From: Heteronotia binoei
Taxonomy: Eukaryota
DNA length: 64,000 nucleotides
NCBI RefSeq assembly: GCF_032191835.1
Contig: NC_083232.1
Location: 52,452,001 to 52,516,000 of the forward strand
Reading direction: 5' to 3'
Shown piece after piece: positions 13,141 to 26,470 of this stretch (positions are counted from its first letter, which is position 1; each line of letters begins with the position of its first letter). The position numbers were made by a program, and so were the translations under genes. A model generated the notes under the pieces. It saw only the letters and a list, made by a program, of their open reading frames with translations, was not told the origin of the DNA and searched no databases.

Positions 13141-13841
13141 CTGGAGTGAAAGCAAGAAAAAGTGAGTGAGAGAACATGAAGATTATATCACAGAATCTAT
13201 GTTTTGTAAACTTATTATGCTGCCTTGGAGTATAAGTTCAGTTTAATTTTTTTTTTAACTTCTATTAGTTTTGCATATTCCAGTACGGAATATAAAAAGA
13301 AAAACAAAAAGCAAAGTGCACCCTTGCAGATACTGACTAAAATTTCAGGCTGTCCCACTAGCACTGAAGATTAAAAAGTAATCTTCTACACATTCAAGTC
13401 CACAATAAAGCATGGCTCTACCATAAGCCTTTTTCTCCTTTATACAACCATATAAAACCTAAAACTATAAGGTATAATTAAATGCTTAGCAAATATACAC
13501 CAGTTTATCAGAAATCAAGTCTTGGAGCTAATTTTAGTTATCGCATGACCTAAGATGCTTTATTATTTGGCATTCTTAGAATGCCTGTTGTACATGCTTT
13601 CACTGATACTACAGATATTACTACAATCCTGTGCAGATAAACCACTGTAGTAAACTTTCTTATGCATAACTAAGTGCTGGATTATATATAAAAGGCAAAT
13701 GTCTTCAGCAAAGAAGCCTGTTAACAATGCTATACCACATGTCACTTGAAGCACATTTTCATACTACAGGTACCACATACCAAAACAACTGGACTTCCAG
13801 CATTACAAGCATTAGTGAAAGCAGAAGCATATTTTACATAC

Positions 13842-13983
13842 CACAAGTTTTTTTCCTGGTTTAGGTGTAAAGACCATAAAATCTGCTTCAATATCAAGAT
13901 GGACGGCTCCCAGATCATCAATTATATCACCCAATTCATTTGTTATTCTAATGTTATCATAAGCCACAGGAACTCCTTGAAAA
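13842..13983 (-). CDS. POLR1F: POLR1F coding exon 2 (142 nt)
   Basis: TTGCAG|T acceptor and GTG|GTATGT donor. FQGVPVAYDNI...LGDIIDDLGAVHLDIEADFMVFTPKPGKKLV. Confidence 0.96.
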
Positions 13984-14559
13984 CTGCAAGATAAGAGAAA
14001 CCAGTTGCTGATGATCGACATGGAGAACAAAACCACATGCTCTTAAAGATTTTAAGGGCAATAAAATTTGATCTTATTTATTTAGAGAAATTACTGCATA
14101 GGGAAAAAGTCTGGAGAAAGGATTCATCACTAAATAGAGCAAGAACTTCATAAGTATATCATTCTGTGACCATGGAAAACTAGGAGAAAGATGCCTCACA
14201 TCTGCTACACATCAAACTATTTTTAAGGAATACTGAGACTCATACTGTGACAGGAGTGAGAACTAAAAACAGCCACTCACATGAGCCTATGGAAGTGCTG
14301 CTCCAACATACAATCACCTTTAAGGGGGGGCGGATTTGGAAGCGAAGCCCAGAGGAGTTCAGATCTGCCTCTTGGAGAGGGCAGTGATTGTTTTGGGTCT
14401 GTCTCAGTAAAACAGTATTTAGAAGGGTAGCTTTGCCTGGTAACATAGCAGAGTGGTTTAACTGTACCTCTGGGAGAGAACAGTGTTACCAGAGACAGCT
14501 GATTGTTAGGCCTGTCTCTGGTAATGAGCACACAAGAAAGATGGAAGGGGAAAGAAGGA

Positions 14560-14770
14560 AGTCAGCCTGGCTAGAAATTGTCACTGCCTTCTGCCATAGG
14601 CCTGGCAGAACATCTCCATCTTACAGGCCCTGTGGAATTGCATTGGGTCCCAAGAGGCCTGGATCTTACTTGGTAGGGAATTCCACCAGGTTGGAGCTAA
14701 GGCCAAGAAGGCCCTAGCTCTGATCAAGGACAACTGAACACTCTTCAGGCCAGGGATCACCAGCATATTG
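14560..14770 (-). mobile_element. L2-clade LINE 3' fragment in POLR1F intron 1
   Basis: IRARAFLALAPTWWNSLP...QFHRACKMEMF is homologous to the C-terminus of the L2 ORF at 52235-52951. Confidence 0.8.
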
Positions 14771-15061
14771 TTGTCAGTTCAGCACAATGCTCTTCGAGAC
14801 CTCATCGAACTTTTGTGGCAGGGGGTGCAGAAGGAACACAATTCAAACTATTTACAATACAGAAATATAGCATATTAAGAAATGACAACTTCTGGGATAA
14901 CGTGTGCATATGTAATATTACCGTACCTTCTGCTAAGCTGGCTACATTCAATACAGATACAAAAGCACAATTTAAGCCAGGCATGAAACGTGATAGAGAC
15001 TTCTCCGTATTATTACATCCTCCCTTAATCCCAACTATGTGAAGGAATTTTTTTTTTAAAA

Positions 15062-15250
15062 GGTTTGAGTTCAGTAGCACCTTAAAGACCAACAATAATC
15101 TTCAAAGCTCCCTTTGATAGGAACCTGTATTACACAAAGGGGTCAATGACCCTCAAAAACTTATGTCCAGGAATCTTGCTGTTTTTAAGGTGCTACTGGA
15201 CTCAAATATTGATCTTCTACAGCAGACCAGAATATCCATCCACCTGAAAC
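15062..15250. mobile_element. Penelope-like element remnant (inverted pseudo-LTR)
   Basis: GAGTTCAGTAGCACCTTAAAGACCAAC ... TTTTTAAGGTGCTACTGGACTC inverted arms, same family as 19085-19300. Family assignment is from recalled squamate Penelope repeats. Confidence 0.55.
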
Positions 15251-16019
15251 TATCTTCTTAAACACACAAGGAGCCCTGAACAAATGCAATGCAATAACAC
15301 TGCCATGGAAATCAGATGGCATGAAAGCAAAACTAGCTCATGGTAAGCCATGGCAGATAATGCAGGAGGAGCTTGAAAAAAGTGCACACAATAATAGGAT
15401 GTTGCAAAAGTGCAGCCCAATCCAAGATGCACAAAACCACCCACCACCAATGCCTATCCAAAGCAAGGATGTAACTCGTTAAACAATTAACAAGAAAGGA
15501 TCTATCCATTATTTATATATATTGCTGGAAGTGTTTAAATGTTGCCTAGAAAACTGGCAAAGGGTTATCTGCATAAACCCTACTGTTAACATTTTGCGTC
15601 CAAGACCTGACTCTATAGCACATTCAAGTTAAATTTTCTTAACAAAAAACAGCAACAGAGCTGATAATAAACAATATGTATGCAAGCTAGATATAGCATG
15701 GTCTTGTTTTGGTGCTTAAACACTACAATGCTCTCACAGTTTAAACAGTTGCTTTATTTACATCCCTTAACAGGGGCCCTTAAGATTCAGAAGACCTGCC
15801 ATTTCCTGGCTTGTCTGGTGTTAAGCAGAGCCAGACCCTTTGGCGCTTATATGCGCCCTACTTTACTCCACCTGGGCTTCAGGTCCTCCAGGTGGGAGTG
15901 CAAGATCTCTGCTATTCCTATCAAAAGCCCAAAGAAAAATAAAACAAGGGGACCAGTCCGGCTGTAGCCCACGCAACCTGATCCTAGAACTGTCTTATTA
16001 GGAAGAAAGGCACACTCTA

Positions 16020-17100
16020 CTCAATGGCGCTTAAGTAAGCCCGCACGGAAACATGGCGTACACGGGGCTGCGGAGAAGAAAGGAGATCAAGCAATCCAAG
16101 GGGACCCTGCTTCTCTTCAGACGAATAGCAACCGGGGGGGGGGGGACCGGAAGAAATTCCCCCTCCTTGGCAGACCTTCATTTGGATAATAAATTTATCA
16201 TGCTTTGCACAGCGTGCGCTCAGTTTTTAAAGGGGCACATCCACAAAGAGCGCTCGGGTACCTCTCCGAGTAGCGCCGCAGTACAGCGTCCAGCTGCATG
16301 CAGATTCCCGTCCGCTTCCGATGGAGGAAACGCGGCGGCAGCGCGATGTGCCTCCGGTGCTGCGTGATCACCAAGCAGGAGTAGCGGCTCTCCGCCAATA
16401 CTCGCGCAGCCTCGAAGGACGGCAGCTCCACAGAGGACGGAGGAGGAAGCGCCGCCGAAGCTAAAGAGGTTGCCTCCGCCGGACTCTTCTCACTCTCGGC
16501 CATGGCGCTGCAAGCCCCGAACTCTCGGAAACTTCAAGCAGCAAGCACGAGGCCCTGTGTCGCTCAAAAATGACGTTACCGAAAGGAAGTGCGCTCCAGT
16601 AAGAGCAAAGGGAGAAAACTTAGCTAAAGGCGGTTGCTTGGCAGCCATCTTGTGTGTGGTTTGTGAGGTTACGACAAAGTCGGATTTAGCATATGAAATG
16701 TCAGCTCTTAATAAACGTGATAGTTTTACAGCCTAGTTGTTTGTTTGTTCGCTTTAAGTCAGCAAACTGACACAGCTAGTTGATTGTGTTTTTAAATTGT
16801 GGACCAGAAGTCCCGCCTGGTGAGGAAATTAAAACTTCCGGATCCGGGCGTCAACCAAAAGTTCCCCCCCCTTCCAAATGAAAGGGAGGGAAGGGTTGTC
16901 TGCCGCGCATGCACTCTTAGGATTGACGTCATGGCTAGCTGAGAATAGAAGCTCCTCCCAACTGTGAGGCATCAGCCAATCGTTGCAATCTTTGCCTTTC
17001 TTGCGGCTGGTCATTTGCGTCTCGCCTCTCTGCTAGTCGCGAAGGTGTATAGTGGGGGGGAAGGTGGTTGTGTTGCTTGTCTCAGCTCTCTTTTGTTCGC
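16020..17100. promoter_or_regulatory. POLR1F: CpG-island housekeeping promoter of POLR1F
   Basis: High CpG density. YY1-like CAGCCATCTT 16642-16651, ETS ACTTCCGG 16834-16841, NRF1-like GCGCATGCAC 16905-16914, CRE TGACGTCA 16924-16931, CCAAT near 16976-16980. Confidence 0.8.
16262..16503 (-). CDS. POLR1F: POLR1F coding exon 1 (242 nt), RNA polymerase I subunit RPA43
   Basis: GCCATGG start. ELPSFEAARVLAESRYSCL...HRRHIALPPRFLHRKRTGI..QLDAVLRRYSE. Donor AG|GTACCC. Exons 1-4 splice in frame to 918 nt (305 aa plus stop). Confidence 0.97.
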
Positions 17101-17444
17101 ATTCGGTCTGTTCTCACAATATTTTATTAGTAGTGGGTATGTAGAAAGTTAGGTTTAATTGCTGCGGCTTAGCAAGTAGGAAAAAAAGCATACTATTCTC
17201 GTGCTTCAGGCTGTAGTTGCAAGAACTCACGAGAGAAAAGGCGATAAACACAAAATTCAAAGGATTCTTTTTTTTACAAGTTCTTGCTAAAGCAGAATAG
17301 TACGTTAAGTAAAACGACCTGAGAAAGAAATGTGGCCAGTAGGACGGGTAAGCTATTGTTAACTCTCCTCCGACCCCCCCCCCCCCCAGTTCCTTCCGTA
17401 CATTTTTAATGGGTTTTAACCATTCTTGCTTATGTTGTTTATTA

Positions 17445-18180
17445 TAGAATCATGGAAGGGACCTTCAGGGTCATCTAGTCCAACCCCTTGCACAGTGCAC
17501 AAAATTCACAAATACCTCCCCCCACACACACACCAGTTACCCCTGCTTAATACCCAGAAGATGGCAAAAAAAAAGCACTGATGCAACCCTTCCTACCCTT
17601 CTCATGATCAAACTAATTCACAGAATCAGCATTGCTGTCCGACAGCCATCTGTTTAAAAACCTCCAGAAATGGGTAGCCCAAGACCTCATCAGGAAACCT
17701 GTTCCACTGTGAAATTGCTGTCAGGAAGTTCTTCCTAAAATGTAGTCGAAAACTCTTCTGATTTAATTTCAACCTGTTGGTTCTGGTTTGACCTTCTGGG
17801 GCAACAGAAAACAACTCTGCACCATCCGCTATATGACAACCCTTCCATGTACTTACTGATAATTTCACCTCTTAATTGTCTCCTCTTCTGGTGAAACACC
17901 TAGCTCCTTCAGCTTTTCCTCATAGGACTTGGTCTCCAGAACCCTCACCTTCCTTGTTGCCCTCCTCTGGAACCTGTCCAGTTTGTCTATATCCTTAAAT
18001 TGTGGTGCCCAAAACCGAATACAGTACTCTATGTGAGGTCTAACCAGAGCAGAGTAAAGTGATGCCATCACTTTGCATTATCTGGACACTATACTTCTGT
18101 TGATACACTGCATTTGCCTTTTAGCTACCGCATCACACCGCTGACTCATGTTGAGTGTATAGTCTACTAAGACCCCTAGT
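17445..18180 (-). mobile_element. CR1 LINE 3' fragment
   Basis: [55 protein letters not shown]1 tail at about 17445. Confidence 0.9.
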
Positions 18181-19084
18181 ATGTAGCATCAGCATAAAAC
18201 ATCCATAAAGCCACAATTAAAAAAAAACCAAATCAGTATGCAAAGCAGGCCAAACAACTTTAATGTATGCAAATATATTTGTGGTCATAAGAATAAAACA
18301 ATAACAATAATAGTAACAATCATCATTGTATGGTGTTGTGTGTGGTATAGCCAGGAGATCCCAAGATTGTCTGGCTGCTCTAAGAACTAGCTCCTATTAT
18401 CATTATACACCACTAGGTGGTGAGCTAGACTTGTTTTGAGGGTTGAGAGAGCTCTGTGTGCTGTGACTGACCCAAAGTCATCCAGCTGACTTCATGTGGG
18501 AATTGTATATCTATGCAACACAGAGATTTCAGTCTTGCGAGCTAACTAACATTTGGCCACCAAGTGATACAAAATCCTGGCCTAGATGGTTCAGTGGTCT
18601 GATCCAGCAGGGCGTTTATGTTCACTGTCTATTAGAAGTTGCTGCAAATGGGAGAAGTGATTAGGTATGATCTGAAATACCACCATTTGCTTCCAAAACG
18701 TCTGAATGCCCCTCCATTTGTCCCCCCAGAACAACTTGCAGTACTTCCATTAAAAGTTGCTGTCTTAGAGATGGCTGGAAGAAAAATCCCAAAACAAAAC
18801 CCATGAAGTACTTCATATTAAAACCAACCAAAATGACACAAAACAGTGCGCAGATTTAGGGATGGGCAATGCTCAGTTATACTATGTAAGGAGGAGGGAA
18901 TCTTTCTACTCCAATTTACATAGCAATGTTTTTTCTTTGTATTAAGGAAGTCTTTCAACTATATAGAACCCCCTCCCTTGTTTGTGAACAGCTCTGACTG
19001 ATTTTTTATTGAGCCAAATTTATATATTTTAATCTTTGAAAATGAACAATAAACTTTTCAAATACTTTAGAATTATGCAAATCT

Positions 19085-19300
19085 AAATTTAAACATATAG
19101 ATAGATCCAAGTAGGCAGTCATGTTGGTCTGAAGTAGTAGAAAAAAATAGAAATCAATAGCACCTTTAAGACCAACTTCGTTTTATTCAGAATGTAAGCT
19201 GTGCCGGATTCCTCATCTGATGAAGGGTGCTTAGAGCACATGAAAGCTTACATTCTGAATAAAACTAGGTTGGTCTTAAAGGTGCTGTTGACTTCTTTAA
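19085..19300. mobile_element. Penelope-like element remnant forming a 45-bp-arm hairpin
   Basis: Arms 19156-19200 and 19245-19289 are 42/45 reverse-complementary around CATCTGATGAAG. Confidence 0.6.
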
Positions 19301-19936
19301 ATATATAGGTAAGCCTCTACATGAAGGATCTATTCATAGATGCAGTTCAGGAAAGAATCACCAGATGGCACAATTGAGCCTTGAAAGTATATCTAGGCAT
19401 CCTTATAAATGAAAATAAAATCCATTTCACTAAAATCAATAGAAGCATTTCCTGCTGTGACTTACATTAAAATTTTCAAGCTCAGTGTTCCTCAAACTGC
19501 TGAGCTGCATCTGATGATGAACTTCTCAGTCATCACTAGAAGAGAATGACTGGCATATGAAGTAGAGAAATTAGGACGACAGTCTGCTGCTGCCATGTAA
19601 GTCTGCCAATGCTGCAAAAGAAAAATAAAATAGCAAGATAATCACCTGGCATTCTTAAGGATGATTTCATTGTGGCATGTCTAAGGTGGTGCATATTATA
19701 TTCAGCAGTTATGTATCTCCTAATTTTCATTCTTGCATAGGGGGAATATTTAGGATCTTGGGGCATTTCTGGGAGAGTCTTTATCTTCCACCTTCAATAC
19801 CCACTTTCCTTAAATGCTGGTAGCATGCTGTTCTTGATCACGTATACAGGCTAATCCTGACATGCATGCTCAGAAGTGAGATTTCTGACTCTGCCATAAA
19901 AGGTTGCTGGGTGTCTTTGGGGTAGTCAGTCACAGG

Positions 19937-20041
19937 GTGCTTTCACACACACTAAATAATCTGTTTTAGTGCAATTTGCTATTCGATTTTACTGTGCAGA
20001 ATGGAAAAATCCACTTGCAAACAGTTGCTGTGCAAAAGCAC
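19937..20041. mobile_element. ~105-bp MITE
   Basis: TIRs GTGCTTTCACACA / TGTGCAAAAGCAC (11/13). Confidence 0.5.
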
Positions 20042-20844
20042 ACAGAGTCTTATCATGGATATGGGAAGTTGCCTTATACTGAATCAGACCATTGGTCTAT
20101 CAAGGTTATCCTTCTTTGCTGATACTGGCAGTGTCTCTCCAGCCTCTCAAGATGGAGGTCTTTCACATCACCTACCACTCGCTGGTGATCAGATGTTAGG
20201 ACCTTCTGCATACCAAGGTGATACTCTGCTACTGAACCACAGTCCCTCACTTTTGTCAGTCTAACCTACCTCGCAAGGTTATTGTGAGGATAAAATGGAG
20301 GAGAGGAGAATGGTGTGAGCTGCTTTGTGTCCCCATTGGAGGGGAAAGGTGAGGTATAAATGAATTTAATAACAATAATAAATTTGATTTAGTTGACCTC
20401 TGAAGTCAGTATATTTACAAAGCAATTCTGTATTGTGCCTGAGCTGCAGTGGCCAGCCCCTCCCTAAGGGCCGAATGGGGGAAAAAACACCCTGCCCAGC
20501 ACTGCTGCAATGGTGTCCATGGAGTTTCAGTTACAGTGTTTCATCCCAGTGTTGTTAGGGGAAGGGGGTGTTCAAGTAAAACAGGAAGGGCCAATAGGAG
20601 TCATGAGTCAAGGGGGCTGAGCCACGCATCTGTCACTGGCAGGGGGTGGAAGGGTAGGCCACAGTAGCCACACTCCTCCTCTGCAGCATGCACCCCCTTA
20701 CAGAGACCAGCTCCCATCAGAAGCCCTGGCTACTTGTCACTGGGGAATGGCTGTCACTCATTCACCACATGAGCACCCCAAGCTATTGGTCTACATATAG
20801 AATGCACAGGGCCCCTGAGGTCTGCAATGGACAAGATATTGGAT

Positions 20845-21105
20845 TTTAGAAGATATTGGATTTATAGCCCACCCTATACTCTGAATCTCAGAGTCTCAGA
20901 GTGGTCACAATCTCCTTTACCTACCCCTCCTCACAACAAACACCCTGAGAGAGCTCTTACAGCAGCTGCCCTTTCAAGGACAACTCCTATGAGATCTATG
21001 ACTGACCCAAGGCCATTCCAGCAGGTACAAGTGGAGGAGTGGGGAATCAAACCTGGTTCTCCCAGATAAGAGTCTGCACACTTAACCACTACACCAAACT
21101 GGCCT
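20845..21105 (-). mobile_element. tRNA-derived SINE
   Basis: Reverse head GCCAGTTTGGTGTAGTGGTTAAG (A box) ... GGTTTGATTCCCC (B box). Similar to 57105-57368. Confidence 0.8.
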
Positions 21106-21623
21106 TCTAGATGGATGTGTGGGTGTCCTCCACAGCAGCTGTGCCATCTAACGTGCCCATGCTGTCAAGGGCATTCCCATGGCAATCTGTGTGCTGCCAT
21201 CACTGAAGGATGAGAAGGAAAGCGTGTGGGGTGCCAGGTGGGGGAGGGCACAGAGCTTCAAACATGTCTGCCAGCAGTCTCTCAATGCACCTCTTCCCCT
21301 CACCGCACTCTCATAAGGGACACCTTTGGCCACGAGGGCTTGGATGTGCTTCTGAGTGGGACCAAAGGAATCAAAGTGGAAATCTCTGTCCACATAGCAT
21401 GTCCCAGGGCAGAAACTCATTCTCTCACCATGCACTACAAGGCATGTTACCAGAAGGTGGCAGAGCTGCTCCTAGTGGGGGCAAGGGCAACAACTGCATG
21501 TTCTACCACCAACCTCTACAGCAGTGCCCTCTCAGCCATAGCCCAGTTAGGTTGGAAGTGGTCTTCACTGCCACTGGATGTTACAGCAGCCAAGCCATTC
21601 ACCCACAGAGGAATGTGGAGGTG

Positions 21624-24600
21624 AGAACATAAGAACATAAGAGAAGCCATGTTAGATCAGGCCAATGACCCATCCAGTCCAACACTCTGTCACACAGTGG
21701 CAAAAAAATTTTATACACACACACACACACACACACTGTGGCTAATAGCCACTGATGGACCTCTGCTCCATATTTTTATCTAAACCCCTCTTGAAGGTGG
21801 CTATGCTTGTGGCCACCACCACCTCCTGTGGCAGTGAATTCCACATGTTAATCACCCTTTGGGTGAAGAAGTACTTCCTTTTATCCGTTTTAACCTTTCT
21901 GCTCAGCAATTTCATTGAAAGCCCATGAGTTCTTGTATTGTGAGAAAGGGAAAAAAGTACTTCTTTCTCTACTTTCTCCATTCCATGCATTATCTTGTAA
22001 ACCTCTATCATGTCACCCCGCAGTCGACATTTCTCCAAGCTAAAGAGTCCCAAGCGTTTCAACCTTTCTTCAAAGGGAAAGTGTTCCAGCCTTTAATCAT
22101 TCTAGTTGCCCTTTTCTGGACTTTCTCCAAAGCTATAATATCCTTTTTGAGGTGCGGCAACCAGAACTGCACACAGTACTCCAAATGAGACTGCACCATC
22201 GATTTATACACGGGCATTATGATACTGGCTGATTTGTTTTTAATTCCCTTCCTAATAATTCCCAGCATGGCGTTGGCCTTTTTTATTGCAAACGCACACT
22301 GTCTTGACATTTTCAGTGAGTTATCTACCACGACCCCAAGATCTCTCTCATGGTCAGTCTCTGCCAGTTCACACCCCATCAATTGTATTTGTAGCTGGGA
22401 TTCTTGGCCCCAATGCGCATTACTTTGCACTTGGCCACATTGAACCGCATCTGCCATGTTGACACCCACTCACCCAGCCTCAACAGATCCCTTTGGAGTT
22501 CCTCACAATCCTCTCTGGTTCTTACCACCCTGAACAATTTAGTGTCATCCGCAAACTTGGGCACTTCACTGCTCACTCCCAACTCTAAATCATTTATGAA
22601 CAAGTTAAAGAGCATGGGACCCAGTACCGAGCCCTGCGGCACCCCACTGCTTACCGTCCTCCACTGCGAAGACTGCCCATTTATACTCACTCTCTGCTTC
22701 CTATTACTCAGCCAGTTTTTGATCCACAAGAGGACCTGTCCTTTTACTCCATGACTCTCAAGCTTTCTAAGGAGCCTTTGATGAGGAACTTTATCAAAAG
22801 CTTTCTGGAAGTCAAGGTAAACAACATCTATCAGGTCCCCTTTGTCCACATGTTTGTTCACCGCCTCAAAGAAATGTAACAGGTTAGTGAGGCAAGATCT
22901 TCCCTTACAGAACCCATGCTGAGTCCTCCTCAATAACCCGTGTCCATCAATGTGCCTACTCATTCTGTCCTTGATAATGCTTTCTACCAACTTTCCGGGT
23001 ATTGAAGTCAGACTGACTGGCCTGTAATTTCCCGGATCTCCTCTGGAACCCTTTTTAAAGATGGGGGTGACATTTGCTACCTTCCAGTCCTCAGAAACGG
23101 AGGCAGATTTCAATGAAAGATTACAGATTTTTGTTAGAAGATCCACAAGTTCAACTTTGAGTTCTTTCAGAACTCTCGGATGTATGCCATCCGGACCCGG
23201 TGACTTATTAGTTTTTAATTTGTCCATCAGTTGTAGGACCTCCTCTTTTGTCACCTCAATCTGACTCAGGTCTTTCAACACCCCTTCCAAAATTAGTGGT
23301 TCTGGGGCGGGCAAAAAGTTCTCATCTTCCACAGTGAAGACAGAGGCAAAAAATTCATTCAGCTTCTCAGCCATTTCCCTATCCTCCTTCAGTAATCCTT
23401 TTACCCCATGGTCATCCAAGGGCCCCACTGCCTCCCTGGCTGGTTTCCTACTTCTAATATATTTGAAGAAATTTTTATTGTTGGTCTTTATGTTTTTTGC
23501 AATATGCTCCTCATAGTCCCTTTTTGCCTGCCTGATCACAGTCTTGCATTTGATTTGCCACAGCCTGTGTTCCCTTTTACTAATGTCACTTGGACTGGTT
23601 TTCCACCGCTTAAAGGAGTCCTTCCTACCTTTTACAGCTTCCATTACTTTGTTTGTTAACCATGCAGGCCTTTTCTTATGCCTGTTTGTGCCTTTCCTAA
23701 CTTGTGGTATGTATTTTATCTGAGCTTCTAGGATTATAGTTTTAAATAGTCTCCAAGCTTCCCCAAGGGTTTTGACCGTATTTACCTTTCCTTTCAGTTT
23801 CCTCCTCACATGCCTCCTCATCTCAGTGAATTTACCCCTTTTAAAGTTAAACGTGGTTGTGGCAGTCTTTTTGGGCACCTCCCTATTTATTCAAACGGTG
23901 AAATCAATAACATTATGGTCACTACTCCCAAATGGCACAATCACTTTTACATCTCTCACCAAGTCTTGGGCATTACTTAGGACCAAATCCAGGATCGCCC
24001 CACCCCTGGTAGGTTCTGAGACCATCTGCTCCATAGCACAGTCATTGAGAGCATCAAGAAACTCAATCTCTTTCTCTCGACCAGAACACATATTGACCCA
24101 ATCAATTTGCGGGTAGTTAAAATCACCTATTACGACACAGTTTTTATGTTTAGCCGCTATCTTTAAGCCTTCCATCATATTATAATCGTCCTCTCTCTTT
24201 TGATTTGGTGGGCGATAACAAACTCCCATAGTTAAATTTCCTTTTGGGCCCTCTATTTCAACCCAAAGCATTTCTAAAAGGGAATCTAATTCTCTGACCT
24301 CAGTCTTACTGGACCGTATATCCTCTCTGACATACAGAGCCACCCCACCTCCAACCCTTCCCTCCCTATCCTTCCGATATAACTTATATCCAGGAATCAC
24401 CGTGTCCCACTGATTCTCCTAATTCCACAAGGTTTCTGAAATTCCCACAATGTCTATGTTTTATCCCAACACTAAACATTCCAATTCACCAATTTTACTT
24501 CGAACACTTCTAGCATTTGCATACAAACATCTATAATTTCCCAGGCAAGCTAGGCCTGCTGCCTTCCTCCTGCCGCCTCGAGACTCTGGCAGACAGTCCA

Positions 24601-25107
24601 TACTGTTTGTCACCATCACAGTGGACAACTCTGATCCATTACCTGGTAGAGAAATAGCAGCCAACCCTTCATCTCTTTGAGACGAGTCCTCCCAAACCAG
24701 AGACATTTCATCTCCTGTCAGCTTTCCCCCAAGATTTAGTTTAAAAACTGCTCTGCCACCTTTTTGATTTTAAGCGCCAGCAGCCTGGTTCCATCCGGGG
24801 ACAAGTGGAGACCATCTCTTTTGTACAGCTCCTGCTTGTTCCAGAAAGCATCCCAGTGCCTAACAAATGTAAAGCCTTCCTCCTTACACCATCGTCTCAT
24901 CCACACATTGAGACTTCTAATTTGTGCCTGTCTCTCCTGCCCTGCACGTGGAACAGGTAGCACTTCTGAGAAGGCTACCTTGGAGGTCCTGGCCTTAAGT
25001 CTCCCGCCTAGCAGCCTAAATTTTTCCTCCAGGACCTCACGACTGCATTTCCTCACATCGTTGGTGCCAACATGCACCATGACCACAGGCTCCTCCCCAG
25101 CACTATC
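21624..25107 (-). mobile_element. CR1 LINE, 5'-truncated within ORF1 (ORF1 esterase, ORF2 endonuclease and RT)
   Basis: ORF1 SGNH/esterase VHVGTND...DGLHL (24736-25107). Endonuclease LYANARS...GDFNYP...ILDLVL...SDH. RT YLDFQKAFD, GVPQGSVLGP, FADD (22379-23878). (CTTATGTT)n tail. Premature stops near 24461 and 24420 plus frameshifts. Confidence 0.97.
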
Positions 25108-25639
25108 TTTCACCTTTAGCCCACTCAACCAAACAAAGAGAAAACAAAGACCAAACAAAGAGCAGTTCCCCAGCTATCACAACTCAGAATTTTAGGCAGC
25201 CCCCACAAACCTCAGAATGAAGTCTTTCAAAATTCAGAAATTCTCAGCAACTTCTCCAGCTGTCTCAGCTATCAGAGCTGCTCTGCTCTGTTCTGCTCCT
25301 CTCAGACCTCTGTAAGGTGGCACACCATGGGAAAATGCTGTTTTCCCCTTCCTGCCCTGCCACCATGTTCCTGCCATGGTCATTACCCAACAGGAAGGGC
25401 CATGGATGGCATGCACCAAACCTCTGAGAGAGAGGGTATATAGTGTCCATAGAAGAATGTGATCCTGGCTGCCCTTCACTATTGTGAACACTGCTTCCTT
25501 TTTTCTCAGGGCCTGGCTAGCTGCTTGTAGGATGGTGCCCTCCTTTGCCCTTGCTGCCCATGCTAGGGGTTCACCATATCCACTTGTTACCAGCACTTTA
25601 CATTTGGGTGGTGTAGCGATGGTGGAGGAGGCATTGTGC

Positions 25640-26470
25640 CCACCAGTACTGAGCTCAGATTAGCATCTTCTGTCTCTTGGACACCACCTGCCTTGATCAA
25701 TTTCACTTTAATAGAGCTGCCACCCAAGCCCTGCAGGGTCAGGCTCCCACTCCCTGTACCATCCTTGTCTTGCAGAAGGTCCTGCTGTTTCTGAGGTTCC
25801 TGACCACCAGATCCTTCCAGGGGGTCATGACTAGCTGCTGCCTCCACAGCTTTCCAGATGCCACATTCACCTACCTTCAGGAGCATGTGCTGGGAACCAA
25901 GGACGGGGATCTGGTGCAGTGTTCACAACATTTGGTGGCTTCCTCAACATTGTGGGGGCCATGGACTGCTCCCATATAGCCCTCATCACCCCTGGGAAGA
26001 GCCACACTTCTACAGCCTGAATATTAAGGCTACCTGTGGACCACCAGGGCATTTTGACAGACATCAAGGCCAAGTTCCTCCACAGTATCCATGATGCCAA
26101 GATTTTTATAATGTCCATCCTTAACTTCCAGTTGGCTGCCCAGCTGGAGGGCAAACAATGGCTCTTGGGCCTCCCAGCTCTTCCCACCGCATGAATAAGA
26201 TTGGAGGGTAGCACAGCAATGACTCTCATTCAGTTTCCTCCAGGTGACCAAGAGTACCCACTGCTGCCACATTTGCTGACACTATATGCCCAAAATGACC
26301 CCCTAGATGGTGCAGCCTACAACTAAGCCCACCACCAAACATGTATGGTCACTGAGTGAGCATTCAGCCAGCTGAAAATGCAGTTCTAATGCCTCCACCA
26401 TATGGGGGAGACCAAGAACCATGCAGCCTACCAGTGGCCAAGCAGTTCACCATGTTCCAAAACACTGCCA
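25640..26470 (+). pseudogene. Decayed PIF/Harbinger transposase
   Basis: QKVLLFLRFLTTRSFQG (cf. the HARBI1-family VLAAL.FY.SGSFQ), GAMDCSHI (GAIDGTHI motif), HSIHDAKIF (PGSxHDxxIF) and a ..AFSQLKMQF*CL motif (ERAFGxLKxRFRCL), spread over several frames. Confidence 0.75.

Noticed and set aside
16053-16367. Plus-strand ORF overlapping POLR1F exon 1
   Set aside because: Antisense by-product of a CpG island, with no motif.
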